Shown here in pieces: positions 1 to 13,466 of a stretch of DNA of 64,000 nt. Position numbers and translations under genes: made by a program. The notes under the pieces were generated by a model. The model was not told the origin of the DNA and made no database searches. It saw only the letters and a list, made by a program, of their open reading frames with translations. Source of the stretch: Mobula hypostoma (Eukaryota). How positions within the stretch are numbered: the first letter of the stretch is position 1; the number at the start of each line of letters is the position of its first letter. Where the stretch lies: contig NC_086108.1 in the NCBI RefSeq assembly GCF_963921235.1, forward strand, positions 6,138,001 through 6,202,000, given 5' to 3'.

Positions 1-3000
1 AAAGGACATCAATCGACCTTCTTGAAACAAGTTCATAAAGGAAAAAATTCCTTATTCCTCCAAAGAGAAAAGATCATTAAGTGAAGGTTTAAATAAATAG
101 TTTCGATAAATTAAACTAAGAGGGTTAATTTTTTTTAAGATTAAAAAAAACTTACAAAACTGATACCAAATTCGTAATGATTGATTAATCATAGGATTTA
201 TATTTAGAATAGAAATTTTGGCTAATTGTACAGGTAAAGGAGCTCCTAATAACAAAGCTAAATGAAATTGTTTCAGTTTTCAATTCCAAGTCAACCCAAG
301 ATGGTCGTTCCTTTTTAAATCGGTCCAATACCACCAAGAACATGCATAACTTATATTAACCACCCAATAATACATTCTTAAATTAGGCAAAGTAAGACCT
401 CCATCCTTTTTTAATTTTCGTAAATGACATTTTCCAATTCTTGGTCTTTTATTATTCCAAACAAAAGATGAAATAATAGAGTCAACTTGATCAAAAAACT
501 TCTTAGTTAGAAAAATAGGAATATTTTGAACTATGTATAAAAATTTTGGTAAAATCATCATTTTAACTGCATGAAGTGGATTCCATCTAGAAAAAAAATT
601 GCTTCATAAAATCCACTAAGGGAACTAAATTAGCTCTATAAAGGTCTCCATAATTTTTAGTAATGGTAATACCTAAATATTTAAAAGAATCCATAACTTT
701 TAAAGGAATGTTGTCATATATAGAAGTGGAATCATTTAAAGGAAATAATTCACTTTTATGCAGGTTTAATTTATATCCTGAAAACAATCCAAATTCATTT
801 AATGATTTCAATAAGCTAGGAATAGATTCTCCGGGATTCAAAATATAAACCAAAAGATCATCTGCATAAAGGGAGATCTTATGAATAGTCCCATTTATAG
901 AATTTCCTTGAATATTTTTAGCTTCACGAAGTGCAATAGTCAACGGTTCCAACATCAAGTTAAATAACAGAGGATTTAATGGACATCCTTGTCTCGTACC
1001 CTGAGAAAGTTGGAAAAAGGGGGATCAACAGTTATTAGTGATAACAGTGGCAATAGGGCTTTTATATATCAATCTAATCCATTTATTAAAATTAGTTCCA
1101 AAGCCAAATTTCTCTAAAACTTTAAATAGATATTCCCATTCAACTCTATCAAATGCCTTTTCAGCATCTAGAGAAACAACACATTGGGGAGTCTTAGAGA
1201 GGGATGAGTATATAACATTTAACAATCTCCGAGTATTAGAAAAAGAATAACGGCCTTTTATAAAACCCGTTTGATCCTGAGAAATAATTTTAGCTAGTAT
1301 ATTCTCCATCCGATTAACCATTATTTTTGAAAGAATTTTGGCATCCACATTTAATAATAGGTCTATATGAAGCACAATCAGTAGGATCTTTATATAAGAA
1401 GTAAATGTTCAATTTTTTTTTATAAAATCCTACAGTAAAACCATCCAATCCAGGAGCTTTACCAGATTGCATTGAAGGAATAGCTTTCTGAATTTCTCTT
1501 TCAGTAAAAGGAGCATCAAGAATTTGTTGATCTTCAACAGATATTCTAGGAAAATCAATCTTTTGTAAAAAGGCATACATATTAGAAGGGTCAGCTGGAA
1601 ACAGATTTGTAGAGTTCACTGTAATAGTCTTGAAAAATTTTATTAATATCTTCATAATTACAAGCTAAACTACCATCTGTCTTACGAATGTTTAAAATCT
1701 GTCTTTTAGCTCTAACTGCTTTAAGTTGAGATACTAATAGCTTGTTACTTTTATCTCCAGACATATAAAATTGACTTTCATCGGATAAATTAATAGTAAA
1801 TTATATTGAGATTGAAGTTTAACCCTTTGTTTAAATAAATCAACATTAGGAGAAACTGCATAAGTATTATCTAGATCTTTAATTAGTTTGGAAATTCTAT
1901 CTAATTCTATTTTTGTCTGTTTCTTAAATTTAGCCAAATAAGATATTATCTGACCTCGTAAATATGCTTTGAGTGTATCCCATATAATTAATTTCGAAAC
2001 ATCGCCCGTATTGTTAAAAAGAAAAATCTTTTATCTGAATCTCTATAAATTTAACAAAGTCTGAACTTTGTAATAAATTTTCTGGAAAGCCCCAACGCAA
2101 GTTTACATTACTAACATCATTTAACTCAAAAGTTAAACTTAAAGGCGCATGATCCAAGACTGCAATAGCATCATATTCATATTTCTGGACTTTGGACAAA
2201 AATCGGAAATCAGCTATAAAATAATCAATTCTCGAATATTTATTATGAACATGTGAATAAAAATAGTCTCTGTCATTAGGATGTAGATTTCTCCAGATTT
2301 CTATCAAACCATAATCAGTTAAAAAGGAATTAATAAGTGTTGCCGAACGACTCAGAAGCTGCTGATTGGTTGAACTTTTGTCAATCAAAGGATTTAAGCA
2401 ACGGTTCAAGTCACCTCCCATCAGCAGCATATATTCATTTAAGTCTGGTAATAAACCAAATACATTTTTTTAAAAAAGGATTATCTGCATTAGGTCCATA
2501 TAGATTAACCAGGACAATTTCAGGACAAATAGTTCCTTTAATAATTAAAAATCTGCCATTATTATCTGAAACAATGTCTTCTTGAATTAATATTAGATTT
2601 AATAAAATAGATACTCCCTTTGTTTTATTTTGACAAGTAGCATGATATTGAAGGCCCTTCCATGTTTTAAAAAATCTATTTTGATCGCCCGTTCTGATAT
2701 GCGTTTCTTGAGCAAAAATTATAATCGGGCTAGAATCGAATAATAACTTTAAATGTCTTCCTTCGCTTAATAGGGTGATTCCAGCCACATACGTTCCACC
2801 TAATAACGTTTATCTGTTTAAATACCATTGGATATTATTCTGAAGACTACAATACACGCATACCATCGCGGGCTAGGTGGTGATGAACATAACCAAGTAG
2901 AAAATGCGCATACTCCGGAACTCCATAATGGGAAAAAAATACAAAAAGTGTGTGTGGAAAAAAAATCCCACAATAAACCCCACAATACTAAAGTATCCCC

Positions 3001-4562
3001 AAACATCCCACCATCCCCAAGGAAGAAAATCCGGCGAAAGAAAGAAAAAACCGGAACGCATTCCCAAGAAGAGACACAAGAACGGAGTTCCGCGTGCCGC
3101 TCAGTTTAAATAATGATTAAAAGTTTTTTCTCCCAATTCCCCCCTCCCCCTTACAAAGAAAATACGGTAACAGTAAGATTTAAAAAAGCCCAGCAAAGAA
3201 AAAATGTTTATACTTAATCAATAAACATAAACTAAAGGAATGCAACGACAATCTCCAAAGAGGCCAAAACAATACTATTAACCCAAACAGTTTAATCTCT
3301 AAAGAGAAAAAAGCAGCGCCATTATTCTTTAACTTACTACCTTATTTAACAAAAGAATTAAAGCTAATTATCTATTAAACACTCCAAAAAAAAAAATCTA
3401 TATAAACTGCAAGCAACCTATCAATTAAGAAAAATAGAAACAGATAGTCAAACCAGTTCACAATCTATCCGCTGTATTAATTCACTCTGTGTACTAAACA
3501 GTCTTCCAAAAAAAAAGTCATTCTTTAATCAAACCAAGAAGACCACCTCTTCTTTAAGTAATCCATCGATCAAAAGATATCTCCAGCATACCGAGATCTT
3601 CAAAACCTGTTTTCTTTCAGAGAATTATTCAGAGACTCTAATATCTTTCATACATCAGACGATTCCCCAATAGAATTGACAAAAGCCAATGCCGCTTGGG
3701 GATCCAAGAAGACACGAGGAGTAGAGTCTTTAGGAAACAGCTTAAGTCTCGCTGGATATCTTAGGGATGGAAACAGTTTTTTCGTAAGCAATCTTCATGA
3801 CCGGTATGAATTTAATCCGTTGTTGCATAATTTCCCGTGGATAATCTTCATAAAAACGGATCTCGGAACCGTTAAATTTAAAAACTTCCTGATTTCTTGC
3901 ACATTTTATAATTTGGTCTTTAACTTTAAAGCGAAGAAAGTTGACTAAAATTGGTCGAGCTTTACCTGACGCAGTGAAAATTCTGTGAGCTCTTTCAATA
4001 TCGGGAGGTTGGGATAGAATATCCGGGAACAGAGATCGAAACAGATTGGCAAAATAATCCAATGGATCCCCAGATTCTGGGCCTTCCGGAAGACCTAAAA
4101 TACGAATGTTGTTTCTTCGAGACTTTGCCTCTAAATCGACAATTTTGCGTTGAGCCTGTTCCAATTGGGTTGAAATATCCGCAATCTGACATTTCGATTC
4201 TTTAAATTTAGTAATCGGGGAAAGAATATTTTCCTCAATAGTGTGTAAACTCTGTCGGAACGACTTCAACTCAGAAGTGTTATTATCCATTTTGTTATCG
4301 AGATCCATCAACATACGTTCCAAATGCTCAGCCCAGACAGACATGTCTTCTGATTTTTCTTTCTAAGTTTTTCCCTTTCCATTGCTGGGTTCAAAAGGCT
4401 GTTTTCCACTTCTTAAAGGATACGACATAATAACCACCATTTCCCTCCAAGATCCAGAAAATAAAAGTTGAATAATTCAAGGATTAAACTGGGGAAAAGG
4501 AGGAATTAAAGGCAGCCACAGAGTTTATATGTTACTCCATTGAGCTGCAGGCGGAATTCCCC
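1..4562 (-). mobile_element. L1-clade LINE, 5'-complete, degraded, runs off the window start (in CYP2 intron 4, sense orientation)
   Basis: ORF1 remnant from ATG 4428 (DLEAKSRRNNIRILGLPE, IERAHR, IRFYEDY), then a spacer, then ORF2 from ATG 2828 in frameshifted pieces: APE endonuclease (QETH, YGPN, GGDLN, SRIDY) and RT (SLDAEKAFD, LYADD, FKYLGI). Confidence 0.93.
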
Positions 4563-4812
4563 TTCTTTCCCTCTGCCATCCAATTTCAGAATTGACATTG
4601 AACCCATGAACATTACCTCACTACCTCTTATTTTTGTTATTTTGCATTACTTATTTTAACTTAACTATTTAATAAACATATATAACTTAATGTAACTCGG
4701 CTTGGTTCTCCATATTTATTTATTATGTATTCCTATGTACTGCTGCCGTAAAGTTAACAAATTTCACAACATATGCAGGCGACAGTAAATCTGATTCTGA
4801 TTCAGATTCTGT
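4563..4812 (+). mobile_element. Rex1/Babar-type LINE 3' end
   Basis: Ends in aaatttcacaacatatg...(ctgatt)n tail, the same terminus as the RT-bearing copy at 45328-46455. Confidence 0.6.
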
Positions 4813-5074
4813 GATAGCTATTATTGTATAGATTTGTTAAGTATGCCAACAAGAAAATGGATCTCAGGGTTGTATATGGTGACATATATGTACTTTGACG
4901 ATAAATTTACTTTGAACTTGATTAAATTAGCTTCATTTGTCACACGTACACCGAAACATACAGTGAAATACGTTGTTTGTGTCAACGATCAACACAGTTT
5001 TAGGATGTGCTGGGGCAGCCCCAAAGGTCACTATGTTTCTGCTGCCAACTAAGCATGCCCACAACTCACTAACC

Positions 5075-5232
5075 CCAAACTCTACACCTTTGGACTGTGG
5101 GAGGAAACCAGAGCACTTGGAGGGAAACCACACAGTAACATGGAGAACGTACAAACTTCTTACAGACAGCAGCGGGGATCGAACCCAGGTTGCTGGCGCG
5201 GTGAAGCTCTATGCTAATGATTATGCTGCCGC
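5075..5232 (-). mobile_element. tRNA-derived SINE (V-SINE/HE1-like), partial
   Basis: B box GGTTCGATCCC followed by the body ctgtaagaagtttgtacgttctcc...ggtttcctcccacagtccaaag shared with other copies. Confidence 0.75.
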
Positions 5233-6167
5233 AATAGCTTAATGTACATCATGGTTTATTACAAATATATCACCTATTGATCTGGATCTTAAACACCCTG
5301 CCACTGTCTATAAGGAATTTGTACATACTCCCTGTCACTGGGTGTGGGTTTCCTCACATTAGGACCTGAGCCCTGCTGTAACAAAATGCTCTGGGCCTCA
5401 ACCACACTGCCCAGTGATTCGCTCTGGGACACGTCTTTCTGCAAGCACTAAGGGTGAAGACTAGCGACCCCCACAGTCAATGATTGAGGTTGATGAACCT
5501 GAGGATGAGGGTGGGTTTCCCACCAGCTCGGTGTGTCTTAGGGGGTTGACGGTCTGTGCAAGCTCAGAGTTTGAGGCCTAGAGGTCAAAGTCCTGCAAAT
5601 GGCAAGTCCTGGGGTCAATACTCAAGGTCAAAGTTGGAGGTCAAATCCAGCAATCAGTCGCTGGGTCAATATGTCCGGTAGCCAGAGGTTCGACATCAGT
5701 GAGTTGGAGGGACTAGAGATTGTGGAAGCCTAATATCTGCAAGTCCAAGAGTCCAGGGCCAAGGACTGCCAGTTGGAGGCCGAGCTGAGGTTGGAGACCT
5801 GTTTGTGAGAGTAGGTGGGAGGGTGGAAAAGCGGCTGGCATGTTGTGCTGTTCTGCCAAAGACTTGCGGGCATGTTGGGCTAGAACCAGAGAGCTGGTGA
5901 AACATGCAGGCTTTCCCCAGCACATCCTTGTGTTGTGTAGGTTTTTGACACAAATGACGCATTTCACTGTATGTTTCAGTGTACAGGTGGTAAATGAATC
6001 GGAATCTTCGATGAGCAATTTCACAGTCAGCAGACTGAGAGATGAGTAGACTTGTGCATTGTTACAAGCATTAAAATAGTCTGGAGGCAACAATATGGAA
6101 ATAGCCATCCAAAATTAGATCTGAATTCAAAACTGCAAATATACAACAAAGAATGTCAAAAAAATAT

Positions 6168-6760
6168 TATATTGGTGAGACCCATTGTAAATTGGGGGAC
6201 TGTTTCGCTGAGCACCTCTGCTCCATCTGCCAAAAGTGAAACTTTCTGATGGCCAAATATTTAAATTCCTGTTCATTCTGACGCATTGGTTCATGGCGAC
6301 ATCTTGTGCCCAGAAGAGGCCATCTCAAGGTGGAGGAGCAACACCTGATGTCCTGTCTGGGTAGCCTCCAACCTGATGGCATGAACATCAATTTCTCCTT
6401 CCAGTAAGAAGTTTTCTCCCTCCCCCTCCACTCCTCCTCTCTTTTGTTCCCTACACTGGCCTCCTCACCCGCCCATTCCCCCCCCACCGGCTCCCCTCTC
6501 CCTTCCCTTTTTTCTGTGGTTCACTTTCGTCTCCTATTAGATTCCTTCCTCTCCAGCCCTTTATCTTTCCCACTCACTGGGCTTCATCCATTAGCTTCCA
6601 GCTATCCTCCTTCCCATCTCCCCACCTTCTCATTCTGGCAGCTCTCCCCTTCCCTTCCAGCCCTGAAGAAGGGTCTTGGCCCAAAAGTATCAACTCTTTA
6701 TTCATTTTCATAGATGCTGCCTGTTCTGCTGAGTTCCCCCAGCATTTTGTGTGTGTTGTT
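6168..6760 (+). mobile_element. Penelope-like element, 3' fragment
   Basis: GIY-YIG remnant YIGETHCKLGDCFAEHLCSI, pyrimidine-rich tract, terminal repeat with decayed hammerhead motif (6658-6695) and gatgctgcc..ctgctgagttcc.ccagc end. Confidence 0.85.
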
Positions 6761-6929
6761 TAAATATACATTTGTTAATATTAAATGCACTCCCCCTATC
6801 TTGCTGATAAATAATTAATGTTGATCCTGAATCTCTCAGTTTCACTTACACATTGACCTCCTGAGTCTCAGATAAAAATATGTTTGCTCTTAACTTCAGT
6901 AACTCACAATCCACTGTAAAGAGACATAC

Positions 6930-7090
6930 CTGTAACCAGGGGCTACTGAAACTGCGGGCAATTCCTGCAACCATCTCTATCAGCCAGAGAAATTGTTTAT
7001 CTTCGTAATCAAATCATTTTCCAAAGGTGATAGAACAGATGATGTTTGACGTTGCACCTTGCAGGAGAAAGTTTGGGTTGAAAGGTTCAC
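6930..7090 (-). pseudogene. CYP2 exon 4, with nonsense codon
   Basis: cag|GTGAA...CAG|gtatgt, 161 bp: GEPFNPNFLLQGATSNIICSITFGK*FDYEDKQFLWLIEMVAGIARSFSSPWLQ; TGA at 7014-7016. Confidence 0.92.
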
Positions 7091-7171
7091 CTGGTCGAGT
7101 TAAAGAGGCCATTTAGAAAATCACAGGGCATTAAAGTGAAATTTTGGGGCAAATCTAAATGCTCTTTGGAC

Positions 7172-7693
7172 GTTAAACACAAGAGATTCTGCAGATCCTG
7201 GAAATCCAGAGCAACAGACACAAAATGCTGGAGGAGCTCAGCAGGTCAGGTAGCAGCTATGCAAATGAATAATCAGTTGACGTTTTGGGTCAAAAGCCCT
7301 TCATCAGGACTGGGAAGGAAGAGGGAAGAAGCCAGAATAAGGAGCTGGGGGGGGGGGGAGAGGGGAGGGGAAGGAGGGCAAGCTAGAAGGTGATAGGCAA
7401 AACCAGCTGGGTGGGGTTGGGGGGGAGGGGGGTTGAAATAAGAACCAAGCACTGGCGAAGAAATAATTTGTAAGGAGAAGAGTGGACCATAGGAGAAAGG
7501 GATGGAGGGGGGCAGCAGGGAGAGGTGAGAGGCAGGTTGAAGGGAGAATAACCTTTGACACCTTCTTATTCTTGCGTCTCCCCCTTCCTTTCCAGTCCTG
7601 ATGAGCAGTCTTCACCAGAAACACCGACTGTTTATTCCTCTCCACAGATGCTGCCTCACCTGCTGAGTTCCTCCAGCATTTTGTGTGTGGTGT
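7172..7693. mobile_element. Inverted pair of Penelope-like terminal repeats in intron 3
   Basis: Minus copy about 7172-7550 and plus copy about 7560-7693, each with a CTGATGA hammerhead-type core. Confidence 0.8.
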
Positions 7694-7744
7694 TATAGAT
7701 ATTTAATACATCGCTGTTCAAAAGTTATCAGTTAGTTACTTGAT

Positions 7745-8225
7745 ACAGAACCAGTGAGGCCTCACTTGGAGAATGATGATCAGTTTTGGGCCCCTTATCT
7801 AAGAAAGCATATGCTGACATTGGAGAGGATCCAGAGGAGGTTCACAAAAGTGATTCCAGATTGAAAGGCTTGTCATATGAGGAACATGTGATGTCTCTGG
7901 GACTGTATTCACTTGAGTTCAGGAGAATGAGGGGTGACCTAATTGAAATCGATCGAATGTTGCAAAGCTTCAATGGAGTGGATGGGGAGAGGATGTTTCC
8001 TATGGTGGAGGAGACTGGTACCAGAGGGCACAACCTCAGAATAGAGGGATGTCCTTTTAGAACAGAGATTAGGAGGAATTTCTTCAGCCAGAGAATGGTG
8101 AGTCTGTGGAATTTATTGCCACAGGCGGCTGTGGAGGCCAGGTAATTGGGTATACTTAAGACAAAGGTGGATAGATTCATGATTAGTCAGGGCATGAAGG
8201 GATTCGGGGAGAAAGCAGGTCATCG
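7745..8225 (+). mobile_element. Old CR1 3' fragment
   Basis: [26 protein letters not shown]...RNFFSQR. Confidence 0.85.
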
Positions 8226-8243
8226 AATGCTGTAGTGACAAAC

Positions 8244-8395
8244 CTTTCTTATTCCTGAAGCTTGATACCAGGAACTGGGCTTCTTCCTGAATCCTCTCCT
8301 CAATGCTCTTTTTTCCTCCATTCCAAAATTCCTCAAGGTGCTGAGAGTGAATCTCCGAAGCTGCTTCCATCTCTCGCCACTGCTGAAAGCAACTC
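8244..8395 (-). pseudogene. CYP2 exon 3, frameshifted
   Basis: cag|GAGTT...AAG|gtttgt, 152 bp. GVAFSSGERWKQLRRFTLSTLRNFGM is in one frame and GKKSIEERIQEEAQFLVSSFRNKK is in another. Confidence 0.92.
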
Positions 8396-8671
8396 CTGCA
8401 AGAGAGACCTCAGGTTATCGTCCCTTTGGAAGGGGTTGTCTACTGTCTAAGGGCCAAACATTCTTAACCAGTTTCCCAATTTATTCTTTACCCTTCCTAA
8501 CAACTGCCGAGTTGTTCTAAGCTCCTCATCTCAGTACTCGTTCTTCTAGGTAGGAATTGCTACTATAGAATTCCACAGTTAAATCAGCTGGTGTTCCTGG
8601 TCACCAAACACAGTCCAAGGTTTCCCTGATTAGATGTCACAAGACGAACAAAAAGGAACTGTAAAAGAATT

Positions 8672-9332
8672 GGAGAGGTTCACAAGAATTATCTCAGAAG
8701 TTAAAGGGTTAATGTAAGAGGAGCATTTGATAACTCTAGCACTGTACTTGCTGGATGAACTCAGGAATTTTAGGGTTAATGTTTGAGGTGCATTTGATAA
8801 CCCTGAGCCTGAACTTGTTGGAGTTTAGAAGAATGAAGCGGGGGGTGGTTCTCATTGAAACCAGGCCTAGAAGGGAAGTGGAGAAGATTTATCTATTTAT
8901 TTATTGAAATACGATGCAGAATAGGCCCTTCCAGCCACATCACCCAGCAATCCCCCGATTTAACCCTAGCCTAATCACAGGGCAATTTACAACGACCAAT
9001 TAACCTACCAACTCAAGACCATCTTTGGACTGTGTGAGGAAACAGGAGCACTTGGGGAAAACGTACACAGTCATGGGGAGAACATACAAACTCCTTACAG
9101 TTAGTGATGTGAGTTGAAGCCGGATCGCTGGTGCTATGAAGCATTGTGCTAACAACTGCACTACCATGCCGCCCATGGTAATGACGTTGCCTACATTGGG
9201 GGAGTCTAGGTCCAGAGGTCACAGCCTCAGAGTAGAAGGACATCCCTTAGAACAGAGATGATGAGCAATTTCTTTAGCCAGAGAGGGGCGAATCTGTGGA
9301 ATTTGTTGCCACAGACAATTATATATTTAAAG
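8672..9332 (+). mobile_element. Old CR1 3' fragment; outermost layer of the nested stack, continues at 25458-25617
   Basis: CR1 3' sequence breaks at atatttaaag (9332) and resumes as cagaggttaatacattc (about 25461), running to the tail. Confidence 0.75.
8890..9175 (-). mobile_element. tRNA-derived V-SINE/HE1-like SINE
   Basis: tRNA-like head, conserved body and (taaa)n tail. Confidence 0.8.
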
Positions 9333-10182
9333 GTACCAGTCCAGGGAAAATGGAGCAGATAAGATTTAATGTGTGGCTCAAATCATGGTGTAGGCTGGAG
9401 GGGCATAGGTTTATGGGACATTTGGACACCTTTTGGAGCTGATGGAACCTGTAGCACTGGGACCGGTGGCATTTGGACTGAAGGGGCACTAGTGTGCTGG
9501 GCAGGTGTATGCTTCCGTTAGTTGAGATCTGTTTAAACTAGGGAATGAGGAACAGGGTACCAGGAAGAGGGTGGGCTCAGCTGTTTAAACATTATTGTGG
9601 AGAATAACATATTAGGACATAAACCAATTATATGCTTCAAAAATATAAAAATGGGTCAGAATAGGATGAAAAACTTCAGTGATGGCCTGTATGAATGCAA
9701 GAAGTATTAAGAATAAATAAGCTGCATTATATGCTAGTGTGTATAAGTATGATATAACAGCAATAACTGAACCTGGCTGACCTCAAAGGATGGTGATGAA
9801 TATAGCATTAAAGAATATAATTTATTTAGTAAAGATAGAAAAGATGGTAAAGGTGGTAGTGTAGCCACATACAGAAAGAGGATTTAAACATGAGGCTCCT
9901 TGTGATAGGAGATGAATCGAGACTTAGTGAAGATATCTGGGTGAGAATTGAAAGCTATAAGGATAAAGGAATAACATTGGGTGTATGTTATAGACCCTGT
10001 CATGCTGATAGTGATTTTAATAAACAACTATCAGAATATTAAAAAAGCAAGTTCTGAGGGTGATATTATATATAACCATATAACAATTACAGCAAGGAAT
10101 CGAGATGCAGCTCCTAAGGGACTGCGTTATGTAACTGGAGCTGCAGCTCGATGACCTTCGTCTGGTCAGGGAGAGTGAGGAG

Positions 10183-10941
10183 GTGATAGAGTGGAGATGC
10201 AGGCAGGTGGTCACGCCGGGGCCACGGGAGGCAGACAAGTGGGTCACGGTTAGGAGAGGGAAGGGGAAAAGTCAGGTGATAGGGAGTACCCCGGTGGCTG
10301 TGCCCCTTAACAACAGATACTCCTGTTTGAGTACTGTTGGGGGAGACAGCTTACCTGGGGGAAGCGACAGTGGCCGTGCCTCCGGCACAGAGTCTGGCCC
10401 TGTAGCTCAGAAGGGTAGGGCAAGGAAGAGGAGGGCAGTTGTGATAGGGGACTCGATAGTAAGGGGGTCAGATAGGCGATTCTGTGGATGCAGTCAGGAG
10501 ATCCGGATGGTAGTTTGCCTCCCTGGTGCCAGGGTCCAGGATATTTCTGGTCGCGTCCAAGATATCCTGAAGTGGGAGGGTGAGGAGGCAGAGGTCGTGG
10601 TACATATAGGTACCAATGACATAGGTAGGAAAAGGGATGAGGTCCTGAAAGGAGAATATAGGGAGCTAGGAAGGGAGTTGAGAAAAAGGACCGCAAAAGT
10701 AGTAATCTCGGGATTACTGCCTGTGCCACGCGACAGTGAGAGTAGGAATGCAATGAGGTGGAGGATAAATGCGTGGCTGAGGGATTGGAGCAGGGAGCAG
10801 GGATTCAAGTTTTTGGATCATTGGGACCTCTTTTGGCGCAGGCGTGACCTGTGCAAAAAGGACGGGTTACACTTGAATCCTAGGAGGACCAATATCCTGG
10901 CAGGGAGATTAGCGGGGGCTACTGAGGTGACTTTAAACTAG
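10183..10941 (+). CDS. CR1 ORF1 fragment, SGNH/GDSL-like esterase
   Basis: Open 252 aa frame with GDS, GxND and DxxH blocks. Confidence 0.85.
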   Translation: MIEWRCRQVVTPGPREADKWVTVRRGKGKSQVIGSTPVAVPLNNRYSCLSTVGGDSLPGGSDSGRASGTESGPVAQKGRARKRRAVVIGDSIVRGSDRRFCGCSQEIRMVVCLPGARVQDISGRVQDILKWEGEEAEVVVHIGTNDIGRKRDEVLKGEYRELGRELRKRTAKVVISGLLPVPRDSESRNAMRWRINAWLRDWSREQGFKFLDHWDLFWRRRDLCKKDGLHLNPRRTNILAGRLAGATEVTLN

Positions 10942-13466
10942 AATGGTTGGGGGGTGGGAATCAAATTAAAGAGACTAGGCATGAGGAGGTTAGTTCACAA
11001 CAGAGGGAAGGGAACCAGTGCAGAGAGACAGAGGGGTGTAAAGTGAGGGTAGAAGCAAAAAGTACAAAGGAGAAAAGTAAAAGTGGCAGGCCGACAAATC
11101 CAGGGCAAGCATTAAAAAGGACCACTTTTCAACATAATTGTATAAGGGCTAAGAGAGTTGTAAAAGAGCACCTGAAGGCTTTATGTGTCAATGCAAGGAG
11201 CATTCGTAATAAGGTGAATGAATTGAAAGTGCAGATTGTTATTAATGATTATGATATAGTTGGGATCACAGAGACATGGCTCCAGGGTGACCAGGGATGG
11301 GAGCTCAACGTTCAGGGATATTCAATATTCAGGAGGGATAGACATGAAGGAAGGGGAGGTGGGGTGGCGTTGCTGGTTAAAGAAGAGATTAACGCAATAG
11401 AAAGGAAGGACATAAGCCGGGAAGATGTGGAATCGATATGGGTAGAGCTGCGTAACACTAAGGGGCAGAAGACGCTGGTGGGAGTCGTGTACAGGCCACC
11501 TAACAGTAGTAGTGAGGTCGGAGATGGTATTAAACAGGAAATTAGAAATGTGTGCAATAAAGGAACAGCAGTTATAATGGGTGACTTCAATCTACATGTA
11601 GATTGGATGAACCAAATTGGTAAAGGTGCTGAGGAAGAGGATTTCTTGGAATGTATGCGGGATGGTTTTTTGAACCAACATGTCGAGGAACCAACTGGAG
11701 AGCAGGCTATTCTGGACTGGGTTTTGAGCAATGAGGAAGGGTTAATTAGCGATCTTGTCGTGAGAGGCCCCTTGGGTAAGAGTGACCATAATATGGTGGA
11801 ATTCTTCATTAAGATGGAGAGTGACATAGTTAATTCAGAAACAAAGGTTCTGAACTTAAAGAAGGGTAACTTTGAAGGTATGAGACGTGAATTAGCTAAG
11901 ATAGACTGGCAAATGACACTTAAAGGATTGACGGTGGATATGCAATGGCAAGCATTTAAAGGTTGCATGGATGAACTACAACAATTGTTCATCCCAGTTT
12001 GGCAAAAAAATAAATCAAGGAAGGTAGTGCACCCGTGGCTGACAAGGGAAATTAGGGATAGTATCAATTCCAAAGAAGAAGCATACAAATTAGCCAGAGA
12101 AAGTGGCTCACCTGAGGACTGAGAGAAATTCAGAGTTCAGCAGAGGAGGACAAAGGGCTTAATTAGGAAGGGGAAAAAAGATTATGAGAGAAAACTGGCA
12201 TGGAACATAAAAACTGACTGTAAAAGCTTTTATAGATATGTAAAAAGGAAAAGACTGGTAAAGACAAATGTTGGTCCCCTGCAGACAGAAACAGGTGAAT
12301 TGATTATGGGGAGCAAGGACATGGCAGACCAATTGAATAATTACTTTGGTTCTGTCTTCACTAAGGATGACATAAATAATCTTCCAGAAATAGTAGGGGA
12401 CAGAGGGTCCAGTGAGATGGAGGAACTGAGCGAAATACATGTTAGTAGGGAAGTGGTGTTAGGTAAATTGAAGGGATTGAAGGCAGATAAATCCCCAGGG
12501 CCAGATGGTCTGCATCCGAGAGTGCTTAAGGAAGTGGCCCAAGAAATAGTGGATGCATTAGTGATAATTTTTCAAAACTCATTAGATTCTGGACTAGTTC
12601 CTGAGGATTGGAGGGTGGCTACTATAACTCCACTTTTTAAAAAAGGGAGAGAGAAACCGGGGAATTATAGACCGGTTAGCCGAACGTCAGTGGTGGGGAA
12701 ACTGCTGGAGTCAGTTATCAAGGATGTGATAACAGCACATTTGGAAAGCGGTGAAATGATCGGATAAAGTCAGCATGGATTTGTGAAAGGAAAATCATGT
12801 CTGACGAATCTCAGAATTTTTAGAGGATGTAACTAGTAGAGTGGATAGGGGAGAACCAGTGGATGTGGTATATTTGGATTTTCAAAAGGCTTTTGACAAG
12901 GTCCCACACAGGAGATTAGTGTGCAAACTTAAAGCACACGGTATTGGGGGTAAGGTATTGGTGTGGGTGGAGAATTGGTTAGCAGACAGGAAGCAAAGAG
13001 TGGGAATAAACGGGACCTTTTCAGAATGGCAGGCGGTGACTAGTGGGGTACCGCAAGGCTCAGTGCTGGGACCCCAGTTGTTTACTATATATATTAATAT
13101 ATATTAATGACTTGGATGAGGGAATTAAATACAGCATCTCCAAGTTTGTGGATGACACGAAGCTGGGTGGCAGTGTTAGCTGTGAGGAGGATGCTAAGAG
13201 GATGCAGGGTGACTTGGATAGGTTGGGTGAGTGGGCAAATTCATGGCAGATGCAATTTAATGTGGATAAATGTGAAGTTATCCACTTTGGTGGCAAAAGT
13301 AGGAAAACAGATTATTATCTGAATGGTGGCCGATTAGGAAAAGGGGAGGTGCAACGAGACCTGGGTGTCATTATACACCAGTCATTGAAAATGGGCATGC
13401 AGGTACAGCAGGTGGTGAAAAAGGCGAATGGTATGCTGGCATTTATAACGAGAGGATTCGAGTACA

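Noticed and set aside
4563..6929. Search for CYP2 exon 5
   Set aside because: No LPGP/PRDFID-like exon is visible; it presumably lies beyond the L1, outside the window.
11312..12088. Long antisense ORFs over CR1 ORF2, repeated in each copy
   Set aside because: Shadow frames of recently copied sequence with no domain signature.
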